This document shows positions 50,721-62,082 of a stretch of 64,000 bases of DNA, in pieces. The stretch is from NCBI GenBank assembly GCA_965208325.1, contig OZ242326.1:4576001-4640000 (forward strand), given 5' to 3'. Origin of the DNA: Candidatus Poribacteria bacterium (GTDB lineage: Bacteria > Poribacteria > WGA-4E > PCPOR2b). Numbering within the stretch: the first letter of the stretch is position 1; each line of letters opens with the position of its first letter. The notes beneath the pieces are model-generated. The model had not been told where the DNA came from, did not search any database, and saw only the letters and a program-made list of their open reading frames with translations. The position numbers were made by a program, and so were the translations under genes.

Positions 50721-51071
50721 TTATTCGTTTTCGGCTACTTCTCCGCATTTTTTACATATGCGCAATCGGCGTTTTTTTGTTCGGTCTCCGATTTCTTTCT
50801 CAAAAACTTGGCGTTTCGTACGTGCTGGGCGATTACACTTTGGGCAAATTAATTTCAGATTAGAAATGTGAATAGTACCTTCTTTCTCTACAATGCCGCC
50901 TTGCCCCTGTGGATTGGGACGAAGGTGCATCGTCGCCATGTGTATGCCTTCGACAACTGCACGATTTTTACCGTATAGCGTCTCAAGCACGATTCCTCTC
51001 TTGCCCGCATCTTTACCGCTCAACACCAATACCAAATCGTCTTTTCTGATATGAAATTTCCGCAGCGCCAC
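50721..51071 (-). CDS. rplX: 50S ribosomal protein L24
   Basis: VLSGKDAGKRG, E..IHISN; position after rplN. Confidence 0.95.
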   Translation of the reverse strand: MALRKFHIRKDDLVLVLSGKDAGKRGIVLETLYGKNRAVVEGIHMATMHLRPNPQGQGGIVEKEGTIHISNLKLICPKCNRPARTKRQVFEKEIGDRTKKRRLRICKKCGEVAENE

Positions 51072-51102
51072 GCATACCTCCTTAAGGACCAGAAATGACC
51101 TT

Positions 51103-51471
51103 CTAAATGACTTCAGGGGCTAAAGAGATAATCCGGGCGAACGCCTTATCTCTGAGTTCACGAGCGACGGGACCAAATATGCGTGTTCCCCTCGGCTGAT
51201 TCTGAGTATCGATTAAAACGGCAGCGTTCTTATCGAACTTGATGTAAGACCCGTCCAATCGACGGTACTCCTTGACGGTACGAACAATTACGGCTCGGAC
51301 AATCTCCCCCTTTTTTACCTGGCTGTTTGGACTCGCTTCCTTCACACTTGCGACAATTACATCACCCACTCGCCCATACCGTTTTCGGCTGCCGCCAAGC
51401 ACTCGAATACACATCAGCCGTTTCGCACCCGTGTTATCAGCACAGATTAAACGGCTGTAGGATTGAATCAT
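51103..51471 (-). CDS. rplN: 50S ribosomal protein L14
   Basis: [25 protein letters not shown]. Confidence 0.97.
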   Translation of the reverse strand: MIQSYSRLICADNTGAKRLMCIRVLGGSRKRYGRVGDVIVASVKEASPNSQVKKGEIVRAVIVRTVKEYRRLDGSYIKFDKNAAVLIDTQNQPRGTRIFGPVARELRDKAFARIISLAPEVI

Positions 51472-51520
51472 TTATCGGTCCCTTTCTGATTCTGATACTT
51501 CTGGCATCTGTGCGATTAAC

Positions 51521-51796
51521 TCAGTCATTGTCTGGCTCAATTTTTGAAACAACCTGACGAACTTTCCATTTTTTTTCGCGACTAATCGGGCGCGATTCAA
51601 CCACCTGAACAAGGTCACCTACTCTACATACATTTTGCTCATCGTGGGCAAGAATTCTAGTTGTTTTTCTTAGAATCTTTTTATAAAACGGATGTTGATA
51701 AGTGCGGGTAATTGTGACCGCAACAGTTTTATCCATTGAATCGCTAGTTACAACGCCCGTGCGAAGTTTTCGTTTGCCTCGGTCCTTTAGACTCAA
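51521..51796 (-). CDS. rpsQ: 30S ribosomal protein S17
   Basis: GVVTSD.MDKT, AHDE, ESRPIS. Confidence 0.95.
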   Translation of the reverse strand: MSLKDRGKRKLRTGVVTSDSMDKTVAVTITRTYQHPFYKKILRKTTRILAHDEQNVCRVGDLVQVVESRPISREKKWKVRQVVSKIEPDND

Positions 51797-51814
51797 GATC
51801 GCCCTCTTTCAACC

Positions 51815-52021
51815 CTATGGTTCTTTATGAATTTCGAGGTCACGTTCACCTAAAATTGTGTGAATCCTCGCGATATCTACCTTGACTTTTTTAAATTGAG
51901 AAGTATCTTCAAGTTGGCCAAGCATCGCTCGAAATTTCAGATTAAATAGTGCTTCTTTGAGATTACCTAGTTCGTTTTTTAGTTCTTCTACTGATTTGCT
52001 TCGAAGTTCGACGGTAGTCAT
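51815..52021 (-). CDS. rpmC: 50S ribosomal protein L29
   Basis: ELR.KS..EL, LFNLKF, DIARI.T; start may be 52051. Confidence 0.93.
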   Translation of the reverse strand: MTTVELRSKSVEELKNELGNLKEALFNLKFRAMLGQLEDTSQFKKVKVDIARIHTILGERDLEIHKEP

Positions 52022-52028
52022 AACGTTG

Positions 52029-52442
52029 TTATGCTCCAGATCGGCTGACAAACTTTGTCTTCAGGGGTAATTTGTGGGCGGCTCTTCGCATCGCCTCCCT
52101 AGCTTCTGCCTCCGCGACTCCACTCAATTCATACAGGATTCGCCCGGATTTTACGACTGCCACCCAAAATTCGGGGGGACCTTTCCCACTTCCCATTCTA
52201 GTTTCAGCGGGTTTCTTGCTGATGGGTTTATGCGGAAATATCTTAATCCAAACCTTCCCACCGCGTCGTACATACCGGGTCATTGCGACACGAGCAGCCT
52301 CTATTTGACGACTTGTAATCCAACCACATTCAACTGCTTGCAAGCCAAATTCACCAAAATTTATCCGAGAACCGCGGTGGGGCTTTCCACGCCGCTTCCC
52401 CCGTTGCACCTTTCTGTGTAATACACGCTTTGGCATCAACAT
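52029..52442 (-). CDS. rplP: 50S ribosomal protein L16
   Basis: [22 protein letters not shown]. Confidence 0.97.
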   Translation of the reverse strand: MLMPKRVLHRKVQRGKRRGKPHRGSRINFGEFGLQAVECGWITSRQIEAARVAMTRYVRRGGKVWIKIFPHKPISKKPAETRMGSGKGPPEFWVAVVKSGRILYELSGVAEAEAREAMRRAAHKLPLKTKFVSRSGA

Positions 52443-52564
52443 TTCATATAACTCCCTATACTTTGGCCCCCTTTACCTCACACTAACATAGGGAAACCTG
52501 CAATTGAGAAACACAGTTGGACTGCGGTGATGCGCGACTAATATAATCACGATTTCAACGACTT

Positions 52565-53341
52565 CTAATTTGTCCTGCTACGACGAGAGCCACGCTTGCG
52601 AGATTGCCCATCCCACCTATCTTGAGAGCGCCGTGACGGCTGTCTTGATGTAGTCTGATCGGGAGGAACTTTCGCCACACGGCCTGGGGGCGATGTAATC
52701 TCCGGAATGCCAGGTTTACCAATTACCTCCCCTTTGAAAATCCATGTCTTTACGCCAATCTTTCCGTACGTCGTATTTGCTTCGGTGAACCCGTAGTCAA
52801 TATTCGCTCTTAGTGTATGGAGGGGAACGCGCCCATCAATATTTGATTCCGATCGCGCCATCTCATGTCCGCCGAGGCGGCCGCCAATAACTATTTTCAC
52901 TCCCTGAGCACCAGCTCTCATTGAGGAAGCAATCGTTTTTTTCATTGCCTGCCTGAAGTTCGTTCTCCGCTCAATCTGAAGTGCGACGCCTTCAGCTACG
53001 AGTTGCGCATCAAGTTCAGGCTGTTTAATTTCTGTCACATTGATTCGGATGGTTCGTCCGATGAGTTTTGCCACGTCCTCCTGCAATTTCTCAGCTTCCG
53101 CCCCGCGCCGCCCAATCACGATCCCAGGACGTGCTGTGTGGACATTTATGCTACACTTATCTCCCACTCTCTCAATTTCAATGCGCGAAATTCCGGCGCG
53201 TGACAATCTCTCCTTTACGAAGTTTTGGATCTTTAAATCTTCATGGAGCCATTGGGCATACTCTTTTTCATTGTACCATTTAGAATCCCAAGTTTCAGTG
53301 ATTCCCAATCGTAACCCGCGTGGGTGCGTTTTCTGTCCCAA
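52565..53341 (-). CDS. rpsC: 30S ribosomal protein S3
   Basis: [28 protein letters not shown]. Confidence 0.97.
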   Translation of the reverse strand: MGQKTHPRGLRLGITETWDSKWYNEKEYAQWLHEDLKIQNFVKERLSRAGISRIEIERVGDKCSINVHTARPGIVIGRRGAEAEKLQEDVAKLIGRTIRINVTEIKQPELDAQLVAEGVALQIERRTNFRQAMKKTIASSMRAGAQGVKIVIGGRLGGHEMARSESNIDGRVPLHTLRANIDYGFTEANTTYGKIGVKTWIFKGEVIGKPGIPEITSPPGRVAKVPPDQTTSRQPSRRSQDRWDGQSRKRGSRRSRTN

Positions 53342-53435
53342 TCAGACCTCCTCACAGCGATTATTCCTGCGGAAACGTCTAAATAGACGCGGCGCAAGAC
53401 CATTAGTCAATCTATGTATTGAGTTAAAAAATTCC

Positions 53436-53789
53436 TTAATCCCCATTTCCCTCATTTTCCTCGTCCAACATAACGGTAATATGCGATCTTCGATGTAATA
53501 TACGATTTGCTATACCTCGAGATCTTGGACGAAACCACTTTCGAGTCATCCCCTCATCGACGAAAATAGTCTTGATAAAAAGATTGTCTTGGTTAATGTT
53601 GGCATCTCGATATTGTGCATTCGCTACCGCTGATCGAATTAGCTTACGGATTACCGGCGAAATGGCTTTGTGCGTTATTGTTAATAGATTTAAAGCATCT
53701 TCCACATACAGCCCTCTCACCAAATCGGCAACTAAACGTGCCTTGCGCGGTGCAACAGGTACATTTCGGATTCTCGCTTTCGCTTCCAT
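53436..53789 (-). CDS. rplV: 50S ribosomal protein L22
   Basis: PRKARLVADLVRG, SAVANA, SHITV. Confidence 0.97.
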   Translation of the reverse strand: MEAKARIRNVPVAPRKARLVADLVRGLYVEDALNLLTITHKAISPVIRKLIRSAVANAQYRDANINQDNLFIKTIFVDEGMTRKWFRPRSRGIANRILHRRSHITVMLDEENEGNGD

Positions 53790-53821
53790 CTTACAAAACT
53801 CCTCACCGCATCGAACGTCAA

Positions 53822-54091
53822 TTACCCTTTTCTGCCGCCCGTATGTGATCTAAACGTCCTTGTTGGTGCGAATTCACCTAATTTGTGCCCTACCATGTTC
53901 TCCGAAATATAAACCGGGAAAAACTTCTTCCCGTTGTGGATAGCGAGGGTATGGCCCACCAATTCCGGTGTAATCATCGAACGTCGCGACCAGGTACGAA
54001 TGACACGCTTGGTACCGGATCGATTCATGGTTTCAATCTTTTTCTGCAGCTTGGGCTCAATATAAGCCCCTTTTTTAATAGAGCGTGGCAT
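53822..54091 (-). CDS. rpsS: 30S ribosomal protein S19
   Basis: [18 protein letters not shown]. Confidence 0.97.
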   Translation of the reverse strand: MPRSIKKGAYIEPKLQKKIETMNRSGTKRVIRTWSRRSMITPELVGHTLAIHNGKKFFPVYISENMVGHKLGEFAPTRTFRSHTGGRKG

Positions 54092-54168
54092 CAGCCATTC
54101 CTCTTCTAATCAGTTGTGTTCAGGTACGTTGTATTTCCATACAATCGAAATTGAGTCTAACAAAATGA

Positions 54169-54993
54169 CTACTTGCGGCGACTAGAAATATATTGGCTCG
54201 ATTTCTTCTTAGGATTACGCGTTTTATAACCCTTTGTCGGAACTCCCGAAGGTGTTACGGGGTGCCTACCGCCCGAACTTTTTCCTTCTCCGCCGCCATG
54301 AGGATGATCGATTGGATTCATTGCAACGCCACGGACTTTAGGCCGACGTCCCATCCATCGAGAACGCCCAGCCTTGCCGATAGAGATATTGGCATATTCA
54401 ACATTGCCAACCTGGCCAATAGTAGCCATGCAACTCACTAATACTAACCGAACTTCACTAGATGGGAGTCGAATCCGTGCATATTTGCCCTCTCGATCAA
54501 TCAACTGCGCAGCGGCACCCGCACTTCGTACTAACTGTGCTCCCTTACCCGGCATCATTTCTACATTGTGTACAGAAGTTCCTAGGGGAATTTTCTCCAG
54601 CGGTAAAGCATTCCCTACCTTAATCTCCGCATCCGTCCCCGAACTTAACATTTCACCGATCTGCAGGCCTAAGGGCGCAAGAATATACCGCTTTTCGCCA
54701 TCAGAATAGTGAAGAAGTGCGACCCGGGCCGATCGGTTAGGATCGTATTCAATTGAGGCAACTTTTGCCGGAATGCCAAATTTATCACGCCTGAAATCAA
54801 TGATTCGGTATCGCCGTTTGTGTCCACCGCCGCGCCTTCGGACGGTAATGCGTCCTAATGCGTTCCGCCCTGCATTATTCTTTTTCCCTTTAACTAAGGA
54901 TTTTTCTGGTTCACGACGAGTAATTTCTTCAAAAGTATGTCCCGTCATCATTCTGCGACTAGGCGTCACTGGGGAATATGTTTTAACTGCCAT
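54169..54993 (-). CDS. rplB: 50S ribosomal protein L2
   Basis: [25 protein letters not shown]. Confidence 0.97.
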   Translation of the reverse strand: MAVKTYSPVTPSRRMMTGHTFEEITRREPEKSLVKGKKNNAGRNALGRITVRRRGGGHKRRYRIIDFRRDKFGIPAKVASIEYDPNRSARVALLHYSDGEKRYILAPLGLQIGEMLSSGTDAEIKVGNALPLEKIPLGTSVHNVEMMPGKGAQLVRSAGAAAQLIDREGKYARIRLPSSEVRLVLVSCMATIGQVGNVEYANISIGKAGRSRWMGRRPKVRGVAMNPIDHPHGGGEGKSSGGRHPVTPSGVPTKGYKTRNPKKKSSQYISSRRK

Positions 54994-55071
54994 GCTCTAT
55001 TCCTTTTACAATTTAAAATGGGCATACCGCATAAGACGGGATCACTGGCGTAAACCCATCAACTGACAGGT

Positions 55072-55371
55072 TTAAATTCCTTCGAAGATCTGTATGGCTG
55101 CCCCTTCTTCGATAGTGATGATTGCTTTTTTCCAGCTTGGGCGTCTGCCAATCCGATACCGAAACAGCTTTCCTTTTGGCTTACCATGAACCCGAATGGT
55201 ATTTACTTGGGTAATTTTCCCCTTTAAATCAAATATCTCTTCAGCAGCGTGACGAATTTCTGACTTTGTGGATTTTGAATCAACAACGAAAGAATACTTA
55301 TTGGACTCCCGAAGAATTGTGCTTTTTTCTGTGACTAGCGGTTTTAATATAACGTGGTACGGTTCTTTCAT
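55072..55371 (-). CDS. rplW: 50S ribosomal protein L23
   Basis: PLVTEKS, WKKAIIT. Confidence 0.95.
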   Translation of the reverse strand: MKEPYHVILKPLVTEKSTILRESNKYSFVVDSKSTKSEIRHAAEEIFDLKGKITQVNTIRVHGKPKGKLFRYRIGRRPSWKKAIITIEEGAAIQIFEGI

Positions 55372-55418
55372 TGACTGGCTTATGCCTCATTTGAAGAATT
55401 TTCTGTCATTTCGACTTC

Positions 55419-56048
55419 TTAAGTTCCTACGAATTTACGTTCGAGCTTTTCTACCGCGCTTTCGGTGAAGACGATTTTGTCATGCCAAAGTACATCATGA
55501 ATATTTAACCTATCCCACGTGCAACAATTCGCCCGAGGGATATTCCGCACAGATAAGTAAATGTTGTGTTCATGGGATCCAACGACAAAAAGGGTTTTAC
55601 CTTCAAGATCAAAGGTTTCTAAAAACTCAACGAATGTTTTAGTTTTGGGCAGTTCTAATGTGAAATCCTCGACTATTAAACAATTCTCACTTTGAAATTT
55701 ATCCGCTAAAGCCGAGTGAAGCCCGCGTCTACGGATTTTTTTGGGGGTAAATTGACGATAGCTCCGCGGTTTTGGACCAAATGCCACACCCCCGTGTACA
55801 CGTATCGGTGATTTATTATCGCCGACACGAGCTCGCCCCGTTCCTTTTTGGCGATAGAGCTTTTTCTTGCTTCCTCGAACCTCCGATCGTGATTTGGTCG
55901 AAGCTGTTCCTCTTCGTTGATTGGCAAGATATGCAACGACACATTGATGTACAATAGCCTTGTTTACGGATTCGTTAACAAATGTGTCCGATAATTCCTT
56001 CGACCGAAGAATAGTACCCGACCGGTCATACACATCGAAAGTTGCCAT
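55419..56048 (-). CDS. rplD: 50S ribosomal protein L4
   Basis: [19 protein letters not shown]. Confidence 0.97.
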   Translation of the reverse strand: MATFDVYDRSGTILRSKELSDTFVNESVNKAIVHQCVVAYLANQRRGTASTKSRSEVRGSKKKLYRQKGTGRARVGDNKSPIRVHGGVAFGPKPRSYRQFTPKKIRRRGLHSALADKFQSENCLIVEDFTLELPKTKTFVEFLETFDLEGKTLFVVGSHEHNIYLSVRNIPRANCCTWDRLNIHDVLWHDKIVFTESAVEKLERKFVGT

Positions 56049-56126
56049 GGTTAATCATCCTTACAAAGATGGACGGAATCGCTTGATTTAATTTTTAAGT
56101 CATTCGTTTTCGCGGAGGATAATCTC

Positions 56127-56756
56127 TTATTTGACCGCTCTTCTGATGACTAGCAATCCATTTGGCGGACCAGCGACTGCACCTTTAATAACTAAAAGAT
56201 TTCTTTCCATATCGGCTTCAATGACTTCTAGGTTTTGGACGGTAATTCGTTTTCCGCCATGCCGACCTGACATACGCTTGCCCTTGAAGACGCGTGAGGG
56301 ATCGGAACCTGCTCCAATCGAACCCGGGCGTCTCAAATCTTGTTCGCCTCCATGGGATTTCCTACCACCCGCGAACCCCCAACGTTTAACGACGCCGGTA
56401 AAACCTCTTCCTTTTGAAATCCCGGATACATCAACGGTGTCGCCGGCTGAAAAAATTCCTGCATCCACAACCGATCCAACCGACAACCCTTCGGTTGTGT
56501 CTACGCGAACCTCTTTCAAATACCGGCGAGGCGTAACATCTGCCTTTTTGAAATGGCCATGTATCGGGCGGTTAATCTTATTTTCGTTTCGATCGACAAA
56601 TCCCAGTTGAACCGCATTATATCCGTCTCGTTTCTCGGTCTTTATTTGCACGATTGGACAAGGGCCGGCTTCCACGACCGTTACCGGAATGGCTGTACCA
56701 GATTCGTCAAAGACTTGAGTCATTCCTATCTTTTTACCCAAAATTCCATCGCTCAT
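56127..56756 (-). CDS. rplC: 50S ribosomal protein L3
   Basis: [28 protein letters not shown]. Confidence 0.97.
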   Translation of the reverse strand: MSDGILGKKIGMTQVFDESGTAIPVTVVEAGPCPIVQIKTEKRDGYNAVQLGFVDRNENKINRPIHGHFKKADVTPRRYLKEVRVDTTEGLSVGSVVDAGIFSAGDTVDVSGISKGRGFTGVVKRWGFAGGRKSHGGEQDLRRPGSIGAGSDPSRVFKGKRMSGRHGGKRITVQNLEVIEADMERNLLVIKGAVAGPPNGLLVIRRAVK

Positions 56757-56789
56757 TTACACATCTCCAAAGCCGGTATTACAGATTAC

Positions 56790-57101
56790 TTACAAAAGCA
56801 TGATTTTAACATCAACACCAGCAGGCAAATCTAAGCGCATTAAGGCGTCTACAGTCTTTGGGGTTATTTCCACGATATCCAAAACCCTCTTATGGATACG
56901 CATTTCAAACTGTTCACGAGACTTTTTGTCTATGAATGTAGACCGTTGAACTGTATAGGTGTGTTTCTTTGTCGGCAGCGGGATTGGACCAGACACAACT
57001 GCGCCTGATCGCTTCGCAGTATCTGCGATTTGTGACGCGGACTGGTCTAATAATCGATGATCGAACGCTTTCAGGCGAATACGAATTTTTTGGTTGTCCA
57101 T
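56790..57101 (-). CDS. rpsJ: 30S ribosomal protein S10
   Basis: [26 protein letters not shown]; start may be 57113. Confidence 0.97.
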   Translation of the reverse strand: MDNQKIRIRLKAFDHRLLDQSASQIADTAKRSGAVVSGPIPLPTKKHTYTVQRSTFIDKKSREQFEMRIHKRVLDIVEITPKTVDALMRLDLPAGVDVKIMLL

Positions 57102-57332
57102 CAACCTTTCCAATTGAGTCCATGGAGCGGTGCACTACACAGCACGAATTGGACAAACGGGCGTATGCACGATAATTCTCAAATCAACTTGGCGATACAG
57201 TGCAAATCCAATAACCCCATTAGACCTCGAGTGTTGCAAAAAGATGACCCAATTAACTTCATTGCGGTTAGTTGTGAGGCGTCTTTTCGCGGCGATTTCC
57301 CTTCTTCATTGCAACTTCCATCGTAGGAGCGT

Positions 57333-58529
57333 TCACTCAATAACTTTAGATACAACACCTGCTCCAACAGTATGCCCACCTTCACGTATGGCGAACCTTA
57401 GTTCTTCTTCTAAGGCAATTGGCTTTGTCAGTTCTACGCTAATATGAATGTGATCGCCTGGCATGACCATTTCGACACCTTCGGGAAGATGCATTACCCC
57501 TGTTACGTCCGTCGTACGGAAGTAAAACTGGGGTCGGTAACCACTAAAGAATGGTGTCCAACGACCGCCTTCATCTTTATTCAAAATATAGGTTTCAGCT
57601 TCAAATTTCGTGTGGGGTGTAATTGAACCAGGCGCTGCTACCACTTGCCCCCGCTCAACATTCTGGCGCTCAACACCACGCAACAATAACCCGATGTTAT
57701 CACCGGCGCGCCCTTCATCTAACAACTTACGGAACATCTCCACCCCGGTGACAACAGTGTCATGGGTTGGTCGAAGGCCAACGATTTCAACAGTTTCGCC
57801 GACCTTTACTATTCCACGTTCCACACGCCCTGTCACAACAGTTCCTCGTCCCGTAATTGAAAAAATATCTTCTATTGGCATTAAAAACGGCCTGTCAATA
57901 TCTCTTACAGGTTCAGGAATATAGGCGTCAATGGCTTCCATCAATTCCAAAATTGGCTTACATGCTTCATTGTCTGGTTCACCGCTTTCCATCGCCTCTA
58001 GTGCGGAACCCGCGATTACCGGGATATCATCCCCCGGAAATTCATATTCGGTCAAGAGTTCTCGAACTTCAAGCTCAACCAATTCTAGTAGTTCGGGGTC
58101 ATCAACCATGTCCGCTTTATTCAGAAAAACAACGATTGATGGCACATTTACTTGCCGTGCCAAGAGAACATGTTCACGGGTTTGGGGCATAGGGCCATCG
58201 GCGGCGGACACCACCAAGATTGCTCCATCCATTTGCGCCGCACCAGTAATCATATTCTTGATATAATCCGCGTGTCCAGGACAGTCCACATGAGCATAGT
58301 GTCGATTCTCGGTTTCATATTCCACGTGAGCTGTATTGATTGTAATTCCGCGCTCTTTCTCTTCCGGCGCGGCGTCAATCTCTTCGTAAGTTTTGACATA
58401 ATCTACTCCGGAAAGTTTCGAATAGATCATTGTGATTGCCGCCGTTAATGTTGTCTTACCGTGATCGACGTGCCCAATTGTACCGATATTGATGTGTGGT
58501 TTAGTCCTTTCAAATTTTGCTTTTGCCAT
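57333..58529 (-). CDS. tuf: Elongation factor Tu
   Basis: [25 protein letters not shown]. Confidence 0.98.
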   Translation of the reverse strand: MAKAKFERTKPHINIGTIGHVDHGKTTLTAAITMIYSKLSGVDYVKTYEEIDAAPEEKERGITINTAHVEYETENRHYAHVDCPGHADYIKNMITGAAQMDGAILVVSAADGPMPQTREHVLLARQVNVPSIVVFLNKADMVDDPELLELVELEVRELLTEYEFPGDDIPVIAGSALEAMESGEPDNEACKPILELMEAIDAYIPEPVRDIDRPFLMPIEDIFSITGRGTVVTGRVERGIVKVGETVEIVGLRPTHDTVVTGVEMFRKLLDEGRAGDNIGLLLRGVERQNVERGQVVAAPGSITPHTKFEAETYILNKDEGGRWTPFFSGYRPQFYFRTTDVTGVMHLPEGVEMVMPGDHIHISVELTKPIALEEELRFAIREGGHTVGAGVVSKVIE

Positions 58530-58640
58530 GTGTAAATCTCCTCACATTCATAAGAATTTATAGGGTGCACATTCTTGCCAGTCTCTGGCGATCAGGGTTG
58601 TTTACCATTCTTGAAGTAGTACCGAATTAAAATGATAGAG

Positions 58641-60779
58641 TTAAGATACCCTTTTTGACGAAAGAATCTCCTGAACAATGCTTTGTGGAACATCACTGTA
58701 GTGCGAGAATTCCATTGAATACGTCGCTCGTCCTTGAGTTAAGGAACGAAGCGTTTTGACATAACCGAACATTTCAGCTAGAGGGCAATATGCTTGAATC
58801 AACTGTATGTGTGATTTTGATTGAGTGTCCGTACGGAGAATTTGTGCACGACGTGCGTTCAAATCACCCATAACCTTTCCTAAGTAGCTATCTGGCACAA
58901 TCACTTCTACATCCATGATGGGTTCAAGCAAGATTGGTTGTGCTTGCTTCATAGCATCCTTGAAAGCAATCGAAGCAGCGATAGAAAATGCTAATTCTGA
59001 TGAATCAACCGCATGGTAAGAACCATCGTAGAGACGCACACCGACATCAACAATAGGATAACCGCATACAATCCCTACGTTCATCGCCTCCTGAATTCCT
59101 TTATCAATAGCTGGTATGTAGTCTTTTGGAATATCGCCGCCCTTTATTTCATCAACGAATTCATATCCTGAACCCTTTGCAATGGGATAAATTTCGAGAA
59201 CGACATGTCCGTATTGCCCGCGTCCGCCAGATTGTCTGACAAATCGTCCCTCCGCCATCGCATGGCGCCGGATGGTTTCCCGATAAGCCACTTGAGGCTG
59301 TCCAATATTCGCGCTAACATTAAACTCTCTAATCAGGCGATCGACGATGATTTCAAGGTGTAACTCTCCCATTCCTGACAGGAGCGTCTGCCCAGTTTCG
59401 GAGTCTTGATGAATCTTGAAGGTTGGGTCTTCTTCTGCAAGTTTCAAGAGTGCCAAGTTCATTTTGTCTACGTCCGATTGCGTTTGTGGTTCAATCGCAA
59501 TTGACATAACGGGAGACGGAAAGACTATCGATTCAAATGTTATGGGAGAATCCTGGACACAGATAGTATCGCCGGTGGAGATATCCTTCAACCCAATTAC
59601 TGCCGCGATGTCTCCGGCATAAACTGCATGGCGTTCTTCACGTTTATTAGCGTGCATTTGCATCAACCTTCCAACTCTCTCATGTTTTTGACGCGTGCTG
59701 TTATAAACGGCCGCACCTTTTGTCAAAACGCCAGAATAGACACGGAGAAAGGTTAATTTTCCAACGTGCTCATCCGTCATAATCTTGAAGGCTAATGCTG
59801 CAAAAGGCTCATCATCGCTAGCTGAACGAATTTCTTCAGTGTGGGTTTGGGGGTGGAAACCAATCATCGGGGGGACATCTACAGGGGAGGGCAAATAATC
59901 AGTGATGGCATCTAACAGCGGTTGAATCCCTCTGTTTCTTAATGCCGCTCCGCATAGCACTGGAACAACATGTCCATTCAATGCGGCTTTTCGCAAGCCG
60001 GATTTTATTTCCGCCTCGGAAAGCTCAACACCATCAAGGTATTTAATTAGCAACTCATTATCCCATTCAGCAATCGCCTCCAACATCTGCCCTCGGTAGT
60101 CCTCAACAATCTCTGCCATTGCTTCAGGGATAGCAGTTTCGTCAACTACAGCACCGAGGCTTGCTTCATTCCATGTTAAACCTTTGCGAGTAATCAAATC
60201 AACAACGCCGTTGAACCGCTCGGCCGAACCGATAGGCAACTGAATTGGTATAGCGCGTGCGCCGAGCCGTTCAACCATCATTTCAACAGTTCGAAAAAAG
60301 TCTGCACCCGTCCGATCCATCTTATTTATTAATGCGATGCGCGGAATCTGATATTTATCCGCTTGCCTCCAAACAGTTTCGGATTGCGGTTCAACGCCGC
60401 CAACCGCGCAAAACACCGCAACGGCACCATCAAGTACGCGGAGTGAGCGTTCGACTTCAACCGTAAAATCGATATGACCGGGGGTATCAATAATGTTGAT
60501 ACGATGGTCCTGCCATCGGCAAGCTGTTGCCGCAGCGGTAATGGTAATTCCTCTTTCTTGTTCTTGGACCATCCAATCCATCGTGGTAGTTCCGTCATCT
60601 ACTATACCCATCCGGTGGACTCGGCCTGTATAGTATAAAATCCGTTCGGTAATAGTTGTCTTTCCGGCATCAATGTGCGCCATAATGCCGATGTTGCGCG
60701 TATTAGCCACGGGGAATCGACGCGGATCTATTGATTTCCTTTTAGCGGATGTGGAACGGTCATTATGTGTGAGCGCCAT
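58641..60779 (-). CDS. fusA: Elongation factor G (str operon copy)
   Basis: [36 protein letters not shown]. Confidence 0.95.
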   Translation of the reverse strand: MALTHNDRSTSAKRKSIDPRRFPVANTRNIGIMAHIDAGKTTITERILYYTGRVHRMGIVDDGTTTMDWMVQEQERGITITAAATACRWQDHRINIIDTPGHIDFTVEVERSLRVLDGAVAVFCAVGGVEPQSETVWRQADKYQIPRIALINKMDRTGADFFRTVEMMVERLGARAIPIQLPIGSAERFNGVVDLITRKGLTWNEASLGAVVDETAIPEAMAEIVEDYRGQMLEAIAEWDNELLIKYLDGVELSEAEIKSGLRKAALNGHVVPVLCGAALRNRGIQPLLDAITDYLPSPVDVPPMIGFHPQTHTEEIRSASDDEPFAALAFKIMTDEHVGKLTFLRVYSGVLTKGAAVYNSTRQKHERVGRLMQMHANKREERHAVYAGDIAAVIGLKDISTGDTICVQDSPITFESIVFPSPVMSIAIEPQTQSDVDKMNLALLKLAEEDPTFKIHQDSETGQTLLSGMGELHLEIIVDRLIREFNVSANIGQPQVAYRETIRRHAMAEGRFVRQSGGRGQYGHVVLEIYPIAKGSGYEFVDEIKGGDIPKDYIPAIDKGIQEAMNVGIVCGYPIVDVGVRLYDGSYHAVDSSELAFSIAASIAFKDAMKQAQPILLEPIMDVEVIVPDSYLGKVMGDLNARRAQILRTDTQSKSHIQLIQAYCPLAEMFGYVKTLRSLTQGRATYSMEFSHYSDVPQSIVQEILSSKRVS

Positions 60780-60827
60780 TTTCTAAATTTACCTTCCGAA
60801 CTTTCCCAGATGGCGTTGGCTGTCTTT

Positions 60828-61325
60828 CTACCAGCGGTAATGGGCGAATGCCCGGTTTGCTTCTGCCATTCTATGTTGATCGAGTTTCCTGCGGAATGCT
60901 GATCCGTCATTTCGATAAGCATCTAACAATTCGCCGGCTAGCCGCTCTTGCATGGTTTTTTCGGGGCGTTGGCTTGTAGTAGCGTAGCCCCGTTCGCGCC
61001 GGGTGGATTTGACAATCCATCGAATTGCTAACGTGGTTCGCCGCTCTGCCTTTACATCAACTGGCACTTGATACGTTTGCCCGCCAACACGCCTCGATCT
61101 AATCTCAAGCACAGGTTTGACATTATTAATCGCTTGACGGAACACTGCGAACCCATCTTCCTTTGTTCTGTTTTCGATAATGTCAAAACTTTCATACAAA
61201 ATTCGCCTGGCAAGACTCCTTTTCCCGCGGGTCATTAGGCAATTTACAAATTTTGCGACTAGCTTACTGTTGTACTTCGGATCAGGTAATATCTCTCGTT
61301 TCTCGCCGACTTTTCGCCGCGGCAT
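60828..61325 (-). CDS. rpsG: 30S ribosomal protein S7
   Basis: MPRR, SRRVGG.TYQVP, MAEANRAFAHYRW. Confidence 0.97.
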   Translation of the reverse strand: MPRRKVGEKREILPDPKYNSKLVAKFVNCLMTRGKRSLARRILYESFDIIENRTKEDGFAVFRQAINNVKPVLEIRSRRVGGQTYQVPVDVKAERRTTLAIRWIVKSTRRERGYATTSQRPEKTMQERLAGELLDAYRNDGSAFRRKLDQHRMAEANRAFAHYRW

Positions 61326-61339
61326 GCCTTCCTCCTTAT

Positions 61340-61705
61340 TTACCTCTTCGCCCCATATTTTGATCGGGCCTGCCTTCGATTTTCGACTCCGGCAGTATCT
61401 AAAGCACCGCGAACGATATGGTATCTGACATTTGGCAAATCTTTAACCCTTCCTCCGCGGACAAGGACAACAGAGTGTTCCTGCAGGTTATGGTCAATTC
61501 CCGGAATATAACAAGTCGCTTCAAAACCTGTTGTGAATCGAACACGAGCCACTTTTCGCAACGCGGAATTTGGTTTTTTGGGCGTTATGGCTCTTACCTG
61601 AACACAGATACCTCGACGTTGCGGGCAGTTTTGAAGGACGGGCGCTTTACTCTTCTTCCGGTTCTTTTTTCGAGGTTTTTTGATTAACTGATTAATTGTC
61701 GGCAT
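61340..61705 (-). CDS. rpsL: 30S ribosomal protein S12
   Basis: [24 protein letters not shown]; start at 61705 rather than the ORF-track start. Confidence 0.97.
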   Translation of the reverse strand: MPTINQLIKKPRKKNRKKSKAPVLQNCPQRRGICVQVRAITPKKPNSALRKVARVRFTTGFEATCYIPGIDHNLQEHSVVLVRGGRVKDLPNVRYHIVRGALDTAGVENRRQARSKYGAKR

Positions 61706-61915
61706 TTTACCCTCAATTTTTTTAATCGTTGGATTCACACTGTCAGGGACACTAACGAAAATTCCGTTAGGCATAAATAAAGCCCCATTGGGACTCAAGG
61801 GGCTCATAACTAGTTCCCTATCATGAGTAAACCGTAAAAACACTATCGAAGCGTTCTGGGCTTAGAATCCCTCCCTTCATGCCTAATCAAATTGTAAAAT
61901 GGCATTAAGAGTGAG

Positions 61916-61945
61916 AGTATACCAAACCCAATTGATGTATGTCAA
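61916..61945 (-). promoter_or_regulatory. Sigma-70-type promoter of the str operon
   Basis: Minus strand TTGACA-18 nt-TATACT with upstream A-tracts. Confidence 0.7.
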
Positions 61946-62082
61946 GTTTTTTCTAGGTTTTTTTTGAGTTATGTCAAGTTTTTTCGCAATCTACTGCTTT
62001 TAACACCGTAATCACAAATTTAACGCTCACATCAGAGCGCTAAGAAAGGCTCAACGAGCCAAATAAAATACCGAACAAACCC

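Noticed and set aside
57114..58640. tRNA genes near tuf
   Set aside because: No T-loop or cloverleaf pattern in the flanking spacers.
42913..61687. Many plus-strand ORFs over the ribosomal cluster
   Set aside because: Antisense shadows of conserved minus-strand genes.
61706..61843. 46-aa N-terminal extension of S12 in the ORF track
   Set aside because: S12 begins at MPTINQL (61705); the upstream frame overlaps the structured leader.
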